Shown piece by piece: positions 9,160 through 18,725 of a stretch of DNA of 64,000 nucleotides. The translations under genes and the position numbers were made by a program. Under the pieces are notes generated by a model, which did not search any database, was not told where the DNA came from, and was given only the letters and a program-made list of their open reading frames with translations. Source of the stretch: Rickettsiales bacterium (GTDB lineage Bacteria; Pseudomonadota; Alphaproteobacteria; Rickettsiales; SXRF01); assembly GCA_041396965.1 (NCBI GenBank), contig JAWKXN010000001.1, forward strand, positions 321,438 through 385,437. The letters are read 5' to 3'. Numbering within the stretch: the first letter of the stretch is position 1; the number at the start of each line of letters is the position of its first letter.

Positions 9160-9429
9160 ATGGAAGATAGTAAAGATATTATAACCGCGAAATTATTTAA
9201 GAATGGAAATTCGCAGGCGGTGCGTCTTCCTAAGCAGTTTCGCTTTGAGGGAAGTGAGGTGTTTATTTACCGTGATGGCAAAAAAGTGATAATTGAGCAG
9301 AAAGATAGCTCAGCTCCATCTGTCAGAAAAAAAATATGGGAGGATTTTTTCTACAATACTCCGTTAGTAGACGCGGATTTTTTATCCGAACGTGGCGATG
9401 AGCCACCGCAGAAACGTAAATTATTCTAA
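9160..9429 (+). CDS. vapB: type II antitoxin VapB (AbrB/MazE/SpoVT fold)
   Basis: 89 aa with [20 protein letters not shown]. It lies directly upstream of the PIN gene. Confidence 0.88.
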   Translation: MEDSKDIITAKLFKNGNSQAVRLPKQFRFEGSEVFIYRDGKKVIIEQKDSSAPSVRKKIWEDFFYNTPLVDADFLSERGDEPPQKRKLF

Positions 9430-9440
9430 TCATATAACTG

Positions 9441-9836
9441 ATGTATATTCTTGATACTGATATTTGTAGCTATATATTAAAGCAACGCCCTGTTAATGTG
9501 CTAGATAAATTCGCTGAGATTGAGTTTTCTCACATGGCTATCTCAATCATTACTGTAGCGGAATTATTATATGGTGTGCGTAAAAAATCTGGGAATAAAA
9601 TAAATATTTCAGTAGTAAATAAATTTATCTCAAATCTTCAAATTATCAAATGGGATGTGGCAGCGGCGGAGGAATACGCGAAAATACGTTCATATCTTGA
9701 GAAAAAAGGCAAAACAATCGGAAATATGGACATGATGATAGCCGCTTGCGCGGTTAGTATTGGTGCGGTTTTAGTCAGTAATAACACCCGTCATTTTATT
9801 AATATACCAAATCTTAAGGTTGAAAATTGGGTATGA
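9441..9836 (+). CDS. vapC: type II toxin VapC (PIN-domain ribonuclease)
   Basis: 131 aa. MYILDTDICSYILK and the conserved acidic residues (DTD..E..D) and ...LVSNNTRHF fit a PIN domain. Confidence 0.9.
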   Translation: MYILDTDICSYILKQRPVNVLDKFAEIEFSHMAISIITVAELLYGVRKKSGNKINISVVNKFISNLQIIKWDVAAAEEYAKIRSYLEKKGKTIGNMDMMIAACAVSIGAVLVSNNTRHFINIPNLKVENWV

Positions 9837-10507
9837 ATAGCAAAGTACTTGAGCTTAATAATATTACTAAAAACTACCGGCAAGGTGATTCTTCTATAGA
9901 GGTTCTTCGTGGTCTTGACCTTAGCGTAAAATCTGGTGAGGTGGTAGCGCTCGTTGGGCAGAGTGGCAGCGGTAAAACCACCTTGCTACAAATAGCCGGT
10001 CTTCTTGATAACCCAACATCAGGAGAAATAAAAATACAAGGTGAGGATTTAAGCGCGGCAAGTGATAGGAGACGCACAGCGGCACGTGGTAAACATCTTG
10101 GATTTATTTATCAGTTTCATCATTTATTACCGGAATTTTCCGCTGCCGAGAATGTCATGATGCCGCAGATTATAAGCGGGATAAGTTATAAAGAGGCTGA
10201 GGAAAAAGCTATCAATCTTCTGACGGAATTGGGTCTTGGTGATCGTGCCTCCCACCGTCCGGCTAAGCTTTCCGGTGGACAAAGGCAGAGAGTAGCGGTC
10301 GCCCGTGCTTTTGCCTTAAATCCAGAATTAATCTTAGCTGATGAGCCAACCGGAAACCTAGATCCAAAAACAGCCGATGAGGTGTTTTCCGTTTTTATGA
10401 AAGCGGCTAAAGAAAAAGGACGGTCGGCACTTGTCGCTACCCATAACTTGGAGATCGCTAAAAAAATGGATAGAATAGTCCATCTTGAAAACGGTATTTT
10501 GATATAG
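9833..10507 (+). CDS. lolD: lipoprotein-releasing ABC transporter ATP-binding protein LolD
   Basis: Walker A GQSGSGKTT, signature LSGGQRQRV and Walker B LILADEPT. The ORF track uses TTG 9827. I prefer ATG 9833, which overlaps the vapC stop (ATGA). Confidence 0.93.
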   Translation: MNSKVLELNNITKNYRQGDSSIEVLRGLDLSVKSGEVVALVGQSGSGKTTLLQIAGLLDNPTSGEIKIQGEDLSAASDRRRTAARGKHLGFIYQFHHLLPEFSAAENVMMPQIISGISYKEAEEKAINLLTELGLGDRASHRPAKLSGGQRQRVAVARAFALNPELILADEPTGNLDPKTADEVFSVFMKAAKEKGRSALVATHNLEIAKKMDRIVHLENGILI

Positions 10508-10651
10508 CATCAACAATTGTGTGGTGATTGTTAGATATTTCACAAGTAGTAATGTGAATGTTTTGGTTCCATAGCACATTCTTTTATACATTGCTGTTTT
10601 CGTTTCAGCTGTTAGAATATAGGATAAATTATATTAATTCCTTGTAACCTT

Positions 10652-13600
10652 ATGAATAATCCTAATTTTATACATCTTCGTGCTCGCAGTGCCTACTCAT
10701 TGCTTGAGGGGGCTATTCATGTAAAAAATCTGGTTGGGTGGTGCGTTAAGGAAAAAATGCCAGCGGTTGGTCTTACCGATTCGGCTAATTTATTTGCCTC
10801 ACTTGAGTTTTCACTCGCCACCGCCGCGCAAGGTGTACAGCCAATAATAGGTTGTACATTTCATATAAAATCATTAAATGAACAGGATTCACGATCTCAT
10901 AATAGCGCGCCTGATCAGTTGGTAATATTTGCGCGAAATGAGATCGGCTGGAAAAATATGCTGGCTCTTTCCAGCAAGTCATATCTAAAGCCGGAAGATG
11001 GAATAGTACCATTGCTCTCAATGGACGATTTTGTTGGGCATAGTGATGGTCTCATAGCTCTTACTGGCGGTGTGCATGGCTCGGTCGGAAAAAGTCTGAT
11101 CGCCACACGTGATAATCTGGCGGAGGAAAATCTTCTAAGACTTAAAGAGCTTTTTCCTGAACGTTTATATATAGAACTTACCAGACACGGCATTGCTGAA
11201 GAAGAGAAGATAGAAAAACCGCTCATAGAGCTTGCTTATAAACACGATATACCTTTAGTCGCGACCAATGAGGCATATTTTATTGATGAGGGAATGTTTG
11301 AAGCGCATGACGCGTTTTTATGTATTGCTGATGGAAGATATGTAAGTGAGGATAATAGGCGGCACCTAACCAAAAATCACCGTCTCAAAACCGCGAAGGA
11401 AATGTGTGAGTTATTCGCTGATATACCGGAAGCTTTGGCAAATAGTGTAGCGATAGCGAAACGCTGTTCATTTATTGCTCAGTCACATAGCCCAATTCTT
11501 CCCAGCTTTTCTATAGAAGGGATGAGCGAGGCGGATAGCCTTAAAGCGCAGGCGGCAAAAGGTCTTAATGAGCGGCTTGTTGGTTACATTGAGGATGAGG
11601 AAAGGCGGAAGATATATTTTGAGCGTTTGGAGTTTGAGCTGGACGTAATTATTCGTATGAAATTTCCTGGTTATTTTTTGATAGTATCCGATTTTATAAA
11701 ATGGAGTAAATCTCATAATATTCCAGTAGGACCGGGTCGTGGTTCGGGAGCTGGCTCTCTTGTCGCTTGGTCTTTGTCAATTACCGATCTTGATCCTTTG
11801 CGTTATGGTTTGCTATTTGAGCGTTTCTTAAATCCACAGCGTGTCTCTATGCCAGATTTTGATATAGATTTCTGTCAGGAAAGACGTGAGGAAGTAATAA
11901 ATTATGTCCAAGAAAAATATGGCGGTGATCATGTAGCCCAGATTATAACTTTCGGAAAATTGCAAGCACGGGCGGTGCTGCGTGATGTCGGACGTGTTTT
12001 GCAAATGCCTTATAATCAGGTAGATAGAATATGTAAGTTAGTACCGAATAATCCAGCTTCTCCGGTAACTCTTGGTCAAGCGATAGAAATAGAGCCGCTG
12101 CTTAAATCGGCGATTGATGATGATGAGAGCGTAGCGCATCTGGTAAGTATGTGCTTGAAATTAGAGGGTCTTTATCGCCATGCCTCAACTCATGCCGCTG
12201 GTGTGGTAATTGGTGATAGACCACTACATGAATTGGTTCCCTTGTATCGTGATCCTAAATCAGATATGCCAGTAGTACAGTATTCCATGAAATACGCTGA
12301 AAGTGCTGGGCTTGTTAAGTTTGATTTTCTTGGGCTTAAAACCCTTACCGTAATATCACGAGCGGTAAGTCTGATTAAGCAGCGAGGAATTGAAATTGAC
12401 ATAAAGAATGCTCCAGATGGTGACAAGAAGACTTATGAGATGCTTGGGCGTGGCGATACGGTCGGTGTGTTCCAACTGGAGTCGGCTGGTATGCGTGATA
12501 CTCTGAAAAAGTTAAAACCTGACTGTCTTGAGGATATTATCGCTCTGGTATCCTTATACCGTCCGGGTCCTATGGATAACATACCAACTTATATTTCCCG
12601 CAAACATGGTGAGGAAAAACCAGTCTATCAACATCCGCTTCTTGAGCAGGTTCTAAAGGAGACTTTTGGAGTTATCATTTATCAGGAACAGGTGATGCAA
12701 ATAGCCCAGCTTCTTGCTGGATATAGTCTTGGTGAGGCGGATCTGTTACGGCGGGCTATGGGTAAGAAAATTCGTTCGGAAATGGAAGCGCAGCGTGATA
12801 TTTTTGTTGACCGCTCTGTTGAAAGAGGGATTCCTAAGAGCGATGCCGCTAGTATTTTTGATTTAATAGCGAAATTCGCTGAATACGGGTTTAATAAATC
12901 ACACGCCGCCGCTTACGCGGTAATCGCCTATCAAACAGCCTATCTTAAAGCTAATTTTCCGGTTGAGTTCATCGCCGCTTCCATGACTTATGATATGGGC
13001 AATACCGACAAGTTAAGTATCTTTCGTGAAGACGCTGAGCATTTTGATATAGAGGTTCTATCACCAGATATTAACAAGTCAGAAGTTTTATTTTCTACTC
13101 AGAGAGTTACAGAAAAAAATACCTCTAGTAATATACGAGATTTGGTTGAGGGTAGTCTTGCTATACGTTATGCGCTTGCCGCTATTCGTAATGTTGGCGC
13201 GGCGGCTATGGAAGGGGTAATAAAGGAGCGTGAGGAAAAAGGAGAATATAAAGACATTTTTGATTTTGCTGAACGAGTTCCTTCTGATGCCTTAAACCGT
13301 CGCTCGCTAGAATATCTCATTAAAGCCGGAGCTTTTGATAATCTACATAAAAATCGTGGTCAGTTATTTGAAAATATAGATCTTATAATAGCACATGGTA
13401 TGGCAGCGCATAGAGATAGGGAAAGTCAGCAAGTAAATTTATTTGGTGGCGATAGTTCCAGCCATAAACATATACCAAAAATGATAGAGAGAAAAGATTG
13501 GTCATCTTTGGAGAAACTAGAAAATGAATTCTCAGCCATCGGGTTTTATCTATCAGCGCATCCGCTTTCTGGTTACCAAACAGCGCTTAAATTACTTAAA

Positions 13601-14149
13601 GTTACCCAGTCAAATTTACTTACAGATAAGCTCACGTCTAATTATAGTCATGTGAAGCTTGCTGGCATAGTGATGGGACGTAAATTTAAGACATCAGATC
13701 GTGGACGCTTTGCTTTTCTACAACTTTCTGACATGGGTGGAGGTTTTGAGGTATCAATATTTAACGAGGAAATTTTATCAAGTCAGCGAGATAACTTAGA
13801 GAATGGTAAGATTTTATATATCAAGGCAGATGGTAAAAATGACGAATCTGGCACACGTCTTATAGCGCAAAGTATATCACTTATTGATGAGGAGATAAAA
13901 CGTGTTCAGAAAAATAACGGAAATTCAGGCTTTAGTATAACTTTAGATAGAGTTGACGCTGTAAAGTCTTTAAGTGAATTACTTGGTAATCCAGTTGGTA
14001 GCGGAGCCACAGTAAGGATTATGGCATGTATTGATAGCAGGAAAGCTGAGATAGAACTTACTGGTAAATATAGCTTATCACCATCTCTTTTAGATAAAAT
14101 TAAGGTTTTAGACGGAGTGATTGAAGCGAAAGAGGAAGAATATGTCTAA
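10652..14149 (+). CDS. dnaE: DNA polymerase III alpha subunit
   Basis: 1165 aa with a PHP N-terminus (FIHLRARSAYSLLEGA), GPGRGSGAGSLVAW and PDFDIDF. Confidence 0.97.
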   Translation: MNNPNFIHLRARSAYSLLEGAIHVKNLVGWCVKEKMPAVGLTDSANLFASLEFSLATAAQGVQPIIGCTFHIKSLNEQDSRSHNSAPDQLVIFARNEIGWKNMLALSSKSYLKPEDGIVPLLSMDDFVGHSDGLIALTGGVHGSVGKSLIATRDNLAEENLLRLKELFPERLYIELTRHGIAEEEKIEKPLIELAYKHDIPLVATNEAYFIDEGMFEAHDAFLCIADGRYVSEDNRRHLTKNHRLKTAKEMCELFADIPEALANSVAIAKRCSFIAQSHSPILPSFSIEGMSEADSLKAQAAKGLNERLVGYIEDEERRKIYFERLEFELDVIIRMKFPGYFLIVSDFIKWSKSHNIPVGPGRGSGAGSLVAWSLSITDLDPLRYGLLFERFLNPQRVSMPDFDIDFCQERREEVINYVQEKYGGDHVAQIITFGKLQARAVLRDVGRVLQMPYNQVDRICKLVPNNPASPVTLGQAIEIEPLLKSAIDDDESVAHLVSMCLKLEGLYRHASTHAAGVVIGDRPLHELVPLYRDPKSDMPVVQYSMKYAESAGLVKFDFLGLKTLTVISRAVSLIKQRGIEIDIKNAPDGDKKTYEMLGRGDTVGVFQLESAGMRDTLKKLKPDCLEDIIALVSLYRPGPMDNIPTYISRKHGEEKPVYQHPLLEQVLKETFGVIIYQEQVMQIAQLLAGYSLGEADLLRRAMGKKIRSEMEAQRDIFVDRSVERGIPKSDAASIFDLIAKFAEYGFNKSHAAAYAVIAYQTAYLKANFPVEFIAASMTYDMGNTDKLSIFREDAEHFDIEVLSPDINKSEVLFSTQRVTEKNTSSNIRDLVEGSLAIRYALAAIRNVGAAAMEGVIKEREEKGEYKDIFDFAERVPSDALNRRSLEYLIKAGAFDNLHKNRGQLFENIDLIIAHGMAAHRDRESQQVNLFGGDSSSHKHIPKMIERKDWSSLEKLENEFSAIGFYLSAHPLSGYQTALKLLKVTQSNLLTDKLTSNYSHVKLAGIVMGRKFKTSDRGRFAFLQLSDMGGGFEVSIFNEEILSSQRDNLENGKILYIKADGKNDESGTRLIAQSISLIDEEIKRVQKNNGNSGFSITLDRVDAVKSLSELLGNPVGSGATVRIMACIDSRKAEIELTGKYSLSPSLLDKIKVLDGVIEAKEEEYV

Positions 14150-14242
14150 AAAATAGACTGTATAACATAATAAATTTTAACGTTTTTTTTGCTTTTCATA
14201 GTTAATCTTAGCTGTAATTAAATTTATTCAGTTTGGATTTTT

Positions 14243-15109
14243 ATGGTTCCTGCGATTGGTCTTGTAATAATTTTTGCCTGTGTATTCGGTATATATATAG
14301 AATCGGGTGGAAAGATAGATATTATCCTGCACGCGCTTCCACATGAGCTTGGAACTATTCTAGGAGCGTCTATAGGCGCTTATATGATAACCAATCCGGG
14401 TTCTATCCTAAAAAAAACTTTCAAAGAGCTTATTGTCTCCTTCAAAGGAGTTAAATGGAAGAAGCAGGATTACAAAGATTTACTATGCCTTATGTTTTCT
14501 CTTTGTAAATTAATGAAGTCAAAAGGTTTGATAGCTGTTGAACAGCATATAGAGAATCCAAAGGAAAGCTCAATTTTTTCCCAATATCCAAAAGTAGCCC
14601 ATGATCATTTCGCTATAGATATTATCTGCGATACATTAAGAACCCTTACTATGGGGCTAGAAGATCCTATGCAGATAGAAGATCTAATAGAAAAGCAAAT
14701 AGAAAAACATCACCATGAGGCTGGTGGGGTAGGACATGCGTTGCAAGGTATGGCAGACGGTCTTCCAGCTATTGGGATTGTCGCGGCGGTGCTTGGTGTG
14801 GTAAAAACTATGGCTAGTATTACCGAACCACCGGAAGTTCTGGGCGCGATGATTGGTGGTGCATTGGTTGGAACATTTCTTGGTGTATTTATGGCTTATT
14901 GTATAGTAGCACCTCTTGCTGGAAAGAACGCTGCGATTCATAATGAAGAGCAACAATTTTATTTTATTATTCGTGATATACTTATTGCTCATCTTAAAGG
15001 AATGGCTCCACAAGTATCTGTTGAAATAGGGCGCGCGCAGGTGCCGTCGCACTTGCAACCATCTTTCTCTGAGATGGAAGAAGCTACTAGCAACGTTAAA
15101 ACCGAGTAG
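14243..15109 (+). CDS. motA: flagellar motor stator protein MotA
   Basis: 288 aa, collinear by eye with E. coli MotA (…ENPKESSIFSQYP…, DGLPAIGIVAAVLGVV, GALVGTFLGVF, APQVSVEIGR). No motB is adjacent. Confidence 0.85.
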   Translation: MVPAIGLVIIFACVFGIYIESGGKIDIILHALPHELGTILGASIGAYMITNPGSILKKTFKELIVSFKGVKWKKQDYKDLLCLMFSLCKLMKSKGLIAVEQHIENPKESSIFSQYPKVAHDHFAIDIICDTLRTLTMGLEDPMQIEDLIEKQIEKHHHEAGGVGHALQGMADGLPAIGIVAAVLGVVKTMASITEPPEVLGAMIGGALVGTFLGVFMAYCIVAPLAGKNAAIHNEEQQFYFIIRDILIAHLKGMAPQVSVEIGRAQVPSHLQPSFSEMEEATSNVKTE

Positions 15110-15119
15110 TTATTGAGTT

Positions 15120-16712
15120 CTAAATGGGAAGCTTTGTACGCTTTTTCGCTTTAAGCCAACCTACAACCATCATCCTTGTTACCATGATTGATGTAAATAA
15201 TGAGCATAAAATACCAATAGTAAGAGTGACCGCAAAGCCTTTTACCGTTCCAGTTCCAAAATAATAAAGCAACATGGCGGCAAGTAAAGTGGTTATATTA
15301 CTATCAAATATAGTTCCAAAAGCTATCTTGAAACCATCAGATACCGCCCTATGTATCGGCTTTCCATTTCTCGCTTCCTCACGGATACGCTCATATATAA
15401 GTACGTTAGCGTCAACCGCCATCCCGATAGTAAGTATTATACCAGCGATTCCTGGTAATGTAAGGGTAGCGCCAAACATAGCAAGAAAAGTGATTATCAT
15501 AAAAGCGTTTATAATCATTGCCACATCGGCGAATAATCCAAACAAACCATAAAACATAACCATAAATACTATAACCAGTATAAGGGCTATTATAGAAGCA
15601 ATAGCACCGGATTTTATAGAATCAGCTCCAAGACTTGGTCCAACAGACCTCTCCTCAATTATTTTAAGTGGTGCGGGCAGCGCGCCAGCTCTAAGCAAAA
15701 TTGCTAGATCCTTCGCTGATTGTGCCGTAAAGTTACCACTTATTACGCCATTACCGTTGAGAATAGCTGATCTTATAACCGGAGCGGTAATTACTTTTTT
15801 ATCAAGTATCACAGCAAATGGTTTTCCTATATTCTCACTAGTAATAGTGGCGAATTTGCGTGCTCCAGCATGGTTAAAACGAAAAGCTACTACCGGCTCA
15901 CCAGTTTGGTTGTCAAACGTGGTATGAGCGTCAACCAACATATCACCAGACAGCATAACTCTGCTATCTATAGCGTATTTTGGAGAGTTTCCATTGTTAT
16001 CCACTTCATCACCGCTTAATATTTTAGTGCCAACAGGAACATTACCTAAAGCTATATCATCAGCGCTTACTGAGTCATTGACCATGTGAAAAGTCATTTT
16101 CGCTGTTCGTCCCAGTATTTCTTTAAGGCGCTCTGGATCTTTAAGACCTGGAACCTGAAGAACTATACGATTATCTCCTTGCCTTTGAATAATAGGTTCC
16201 TTTGTACCGGTTTCATTTACCCGTCTATTTACTATCTCAAGTGATTGTTCAATCACCCGCACACGCTCGGCTTTAATAAATTTATCCTTAAACCCTACGG
16301 TGTAAGAAAGCGCGTCTTTACCTATTATCTCAATATCAGGATTTATCTCTTCAAGTATTTTTTCAATATTCGCTGAATCAGTTTCGTTTCTTAGCTTGAA
16401 AATAATATTTCTTTGCCCATCATTTTTACTGATTCTTAAATCACGATAGCCGATCTGCTTCGCGCGCAATTTAATACGTATATCACTTTTAAGGTTTTCA
16501 AATTGCTCTTTTATATAGTGATTGAAATCAACTTCTAATAACAGGTGGGAGCCGCCTTGCAAATCAAGACCAAGAGTTACGGCATGTACTGGAAACCAAT
16601 CAGGAAGCGAATTACGACGTGCCTCACTAATAAGGCTAGGTATGGCCATAATCACAAATAACAAGCAAGCGCTTGTTATGGTGATTATCTTCCATTTAGG
16701 AAATTCCAGCAT
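15120..16712 (-). CDS. secD: protein translocase subunit SecD
   Basis: 530 aa with the LGLDLQGGSHLLLEVD motif and a C-terminal 6-TM block. It lies downstream of yajC. No secF is adjacent. Confidence 0.93.
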   Translation of the reverse strand: MLEFPKWKIITITSACLLFVIMAIPSLISEARRNSLPDWFPVHAVTLGLDLQGGSHLLLEVDFNHYIKEQFENLKSDIRIKLRAKQIGYRDLRISKNDGQRNIIFKLRNETDSANIEKILEEINPDIEIIGKDALSYTVGFKDKFIKAERVRVIEQSLEIVNRRVNETGTKEPIIQRQGDNRIVLQVPGLKDPERLKEILGRTAKMTFHMVNDSVSADDIALGNVPVGTKILSGDEVDNNGNSPKYAIDSRVMLSGDMLVDAHTTFDNQTGEPVVAFRFNHAGARKFATITSENIGKPFAVILDKKVITAPVIRSAILNGNGVISGNFTAQSAKDLAILLRAGALPAPLKIIEERSVGPSLGADSIKSGAIASIIALILVIVFMVMFYGLFGLFADVAMIINAFMIITFLAMFGATLTLPGIAGIILTIGMAVDANVLIYERIREEARNGKPIHRAVSDGFKIAFGTIFDSNITTLLAAMLLYYFGTGTVKGFAVTLTIGILCSLFTSIMVTRMMVVGWLKAKKRTKLPI

Positions 16713-17129
16713 CTAGTTATCATTCGCGTTTTTATTATCAGAAATTTTATCGTCAGCTATCTCAGCTATTGAGGCTTTCGCCATGCGGATACGGACATTT
16801 TGTGCTATTTCCAAAGCTATAACATCGTCACCCTCAAGCTTAATTATGGTGCCTATTATTCCGCCACTCGTTATAACCTTATCACCTTTTTTAAGAGAGC
16901 CTATAAGATCTTGATGCTTTTTTATCCGGTTCTTCTGCGGCTTTATAAGCATAAAATAGAATATGAAGAACAATACCCCAAGAATGAGGAAATTATCAAA
17001 CATAACCTTCTCGGCAGATAGATTCTGCGCCATCTGGTTATTCAAAGGCGGATAATTATTAGCGGTACCCGTAGTAGCGCTACTAGCGGTTTCCTCAGCG
17101 GCATATAAATCGCCAATAATAAAACTCAT
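16713..17129 (-). CDS. yajC: preprotein translocase subunit YajC
   Basis: 138 aa with a single TM followed by KKGDKVITSGGIIGTIIKLEGDDV. The N-terminal start is uncertain. Confidence 0.85.
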   Translation of the reverse strand: MSFIIGDLYAAEETASSATTGTANNYPPLNNQMAQNLSAEKVMFDNFLILGVLFFIFYFMLIKPQKNRIKKHQDLIGSLKKGDKVITSGGIIGTIIKLEGDDVIALEIAQNVRIRMAKASIAEIADDKISDNKNANDN

Positions 17130-17137
17130 ACTAAAAA

Positions 17138-17305
17138 CTACTTAATTTTCGCTTCGTTAAATATAACATGCTTACGAGCCACCGGATCGTATTTCTTAAG
17201 AGCCAGCTTTTCAGTTTTTGTCTTAGGGTTCTTTCTGGTAACATAGTAAAAACCAGTCCCAGCGGAACTCACCAATTTTATAAGATTAACCGTTTTCTTT
17301 GCCAT
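17138..17305 (-). CDS. rpmG: 50S ribosomal protein L33
   Basis: Below the ORF-track size cutoff. Manual translation gives [55 protein letters not shown] (55 aa), the canonical L33 pattern. Confidence 0.9.
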   Translation of the reverse strand: MAKKTVNLIKLVSSAGTGFYYVTRKNPKTKTEKLALKKYDPVARKHVIFNEAKIK

Positions 17306-17563
17306 AATATTCCCACTAAGAAATTGATATAGAAAAATTTCTTCTTCAAACCGTACTAAACATAAAAATACCGAAGATTAAAGGCTGGAGCATATACATG
17401 CTGCTCATACTGTCAAGTACAAAAAATAACATTACAAGATTGTAATAACAAAGTTTTTGACTTTTTAGCCACTATTTGGGTAGTGTGCGCCCTAAATTAG
17501 GATAGCTGGTGTAAGTTTTTCAGCTTTGTTCTGTGTTTGATTGTTTTTATGGAGAGTTAGTTT

Positions 17564-18469
17564 ATGGCGTATAAAAAGGTTAAAAAGGTCGTTTTTCCGG
17601 TTGGTGGTCTTGGTACCCGCTTTTTACCCGCTACTAAATCAATGCCTAAAGAGATGTTGCCAGTAGTGGATAAGCCTTTGATTCATTATGCTTTTGAGGA
17701 AGCAAAAGATGCTGGAATAGAAGAATTCATATTTGTAACCGGTAGGAATAAGGTGGCAATAGCCGATTATTTTGACCATTCATACGAATTACAGGATACT
17801 CTTAACTCTCGTAATAAAATGAAAGAGTTAGGTATTACAAGCGATTGGATACCTGAGGCCGGTAATGTTATATTTACCCGTCAGCGTCAGCCGCTTGGTT
17901 TAGGGCACGCTGTATGGTGCGCCCGTAATCTTGTTGGTGATGAGCCATTTGCCGTAATTCTTGCTGACGATCTGGTTCTTTCGCAGAAGGGTTGTCTGAA
18001 ACAGATGGTTGAACAATATAACGATTGTGGTGGAAATATACTTGGGGTTATGGATGTGCCAAGAAAGGAAACTGCTAGATACGGTATAGTTGACATTGAT
18101 AATAGCGCGACAAGTGAGGACGGTAAGTTAGTCAAAGCGCTTGGTCTTGTTGAAAAACCAACTCCTGAGGAAGCGCCTTCTACTCTATCGGTCATTGGTA
18201 GATATATACTGCAACCAGAGGTAATTAACGTACTATCAGATCAGAAAATAGGAGCGGGTGGCGAAATACAGCTTACCGACGCTATCGCTAGTATGATCGG
18301 CAAGCAGGATGTTTTTGGCTATCGTTTTGACGGTGTTCGTTACGATTGCGGTAGACTTATGGGATTTGTCGCCGCGAATGTGGCTTTCGCTTTGGAAAGA
18401 GGTGATGTTCGTGATAATTTAATTACCGAGCTTGCGGAAGTTTACAAAAGAGCTGGTATTAATAACTAA
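17564..18469 (+). CDS. galU: UTP--glucose-1-phosphate uridylyltransferase
   Basis: 301 aa with KVVFPVGGLGTRFLPATKSMPKEMLPVVDKP. Confidence 0.93.
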   Translation: MAYKKVKKVVFPVGGLGTRFLPATKSMPKEMLPVVDKPLIHYAFEEAKDAGIEEFIFVTGRNKVAIADYFDHSYELQDTLNSRNKMKELGITSDWIPEAGNVIFTRQRQPLGLGHAVWCARNLVGDEPFAVILADDLVLSQKGCLKQMVEQYNDCGGNILGVMDVPRKETARYGIVDIDNSATSEDGKLVKALGLVEKPTPEEAPSTLSVIGRYILQPEVINVLSDQKIGAGGEIQLTDAIASMIGKQDVFGYRFDGVRYDCGRLMGFVAANVAFALERGDVRDNLITELAEVYKRAGINN

Positions 18470-18501
18470 TAGCCTATATTAAGCAATTCATAGATTCATT
18501 T

Positions 18502-18583
18502 ATACTAACTTTGGATAATTTTTATCCAAAGTTAGTATGAAAACCTTATCTGAAAGATAAGGTTTTCCGCTGCGAAGCAAGCG
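18502..18583 (+). terminator. three consecutive hairpins downstream of galU (possible terminator or structured element)
   Basis: Hairpin 1: ATACTAACTTTGGATAA/TTATCCAAAGTTAGTAT, 17-bp perfect stem (18502-18538). Hairpin 2: GAAAACCTTATC-TGAAA-GATAAGGTTTTC, 12-bp perfect stem (18539-18567). Then CGCTGC-GAA-GCAAGCG. There is no classical U-tract, so terminator function is uncertain. Confidence 0.4.
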
Positions 18584-18596
18584 TAAAAATGAATAA

Positions 18597-18668
18597 AGTA
18601 CGACCAGCAGGTCGTACGAGCCTTCAGCTATGCCTCATGAGATTTTCAGTAGAAAATTTCGGAGGCGA
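18597..18668 (+). repeat. dispersed intergenic repeat, copy 3
   Basis: AGTACGACCAGCAGGTCGTACGAGCCTTCAGCTATGCCTCATGAGATTTTCAGTAGAAAATTTCGGAGGCGA. Its hairpin carries compensatory changes relative to copy 2. Confidence 0.65.
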
Positions 18669-18725
18669 TAAAAATATGTAATATTTTTATTCATAATAAG
18701 TATATAGAAAATATGGAGAGAAATA

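Noticed and set aside
14243-15109. motA without motB as an anomaly
   Set aside because: Separated motA and motB genes are known in some alphaproteobacteria (e.g. Caulobacter), so by itself this is not unusual.
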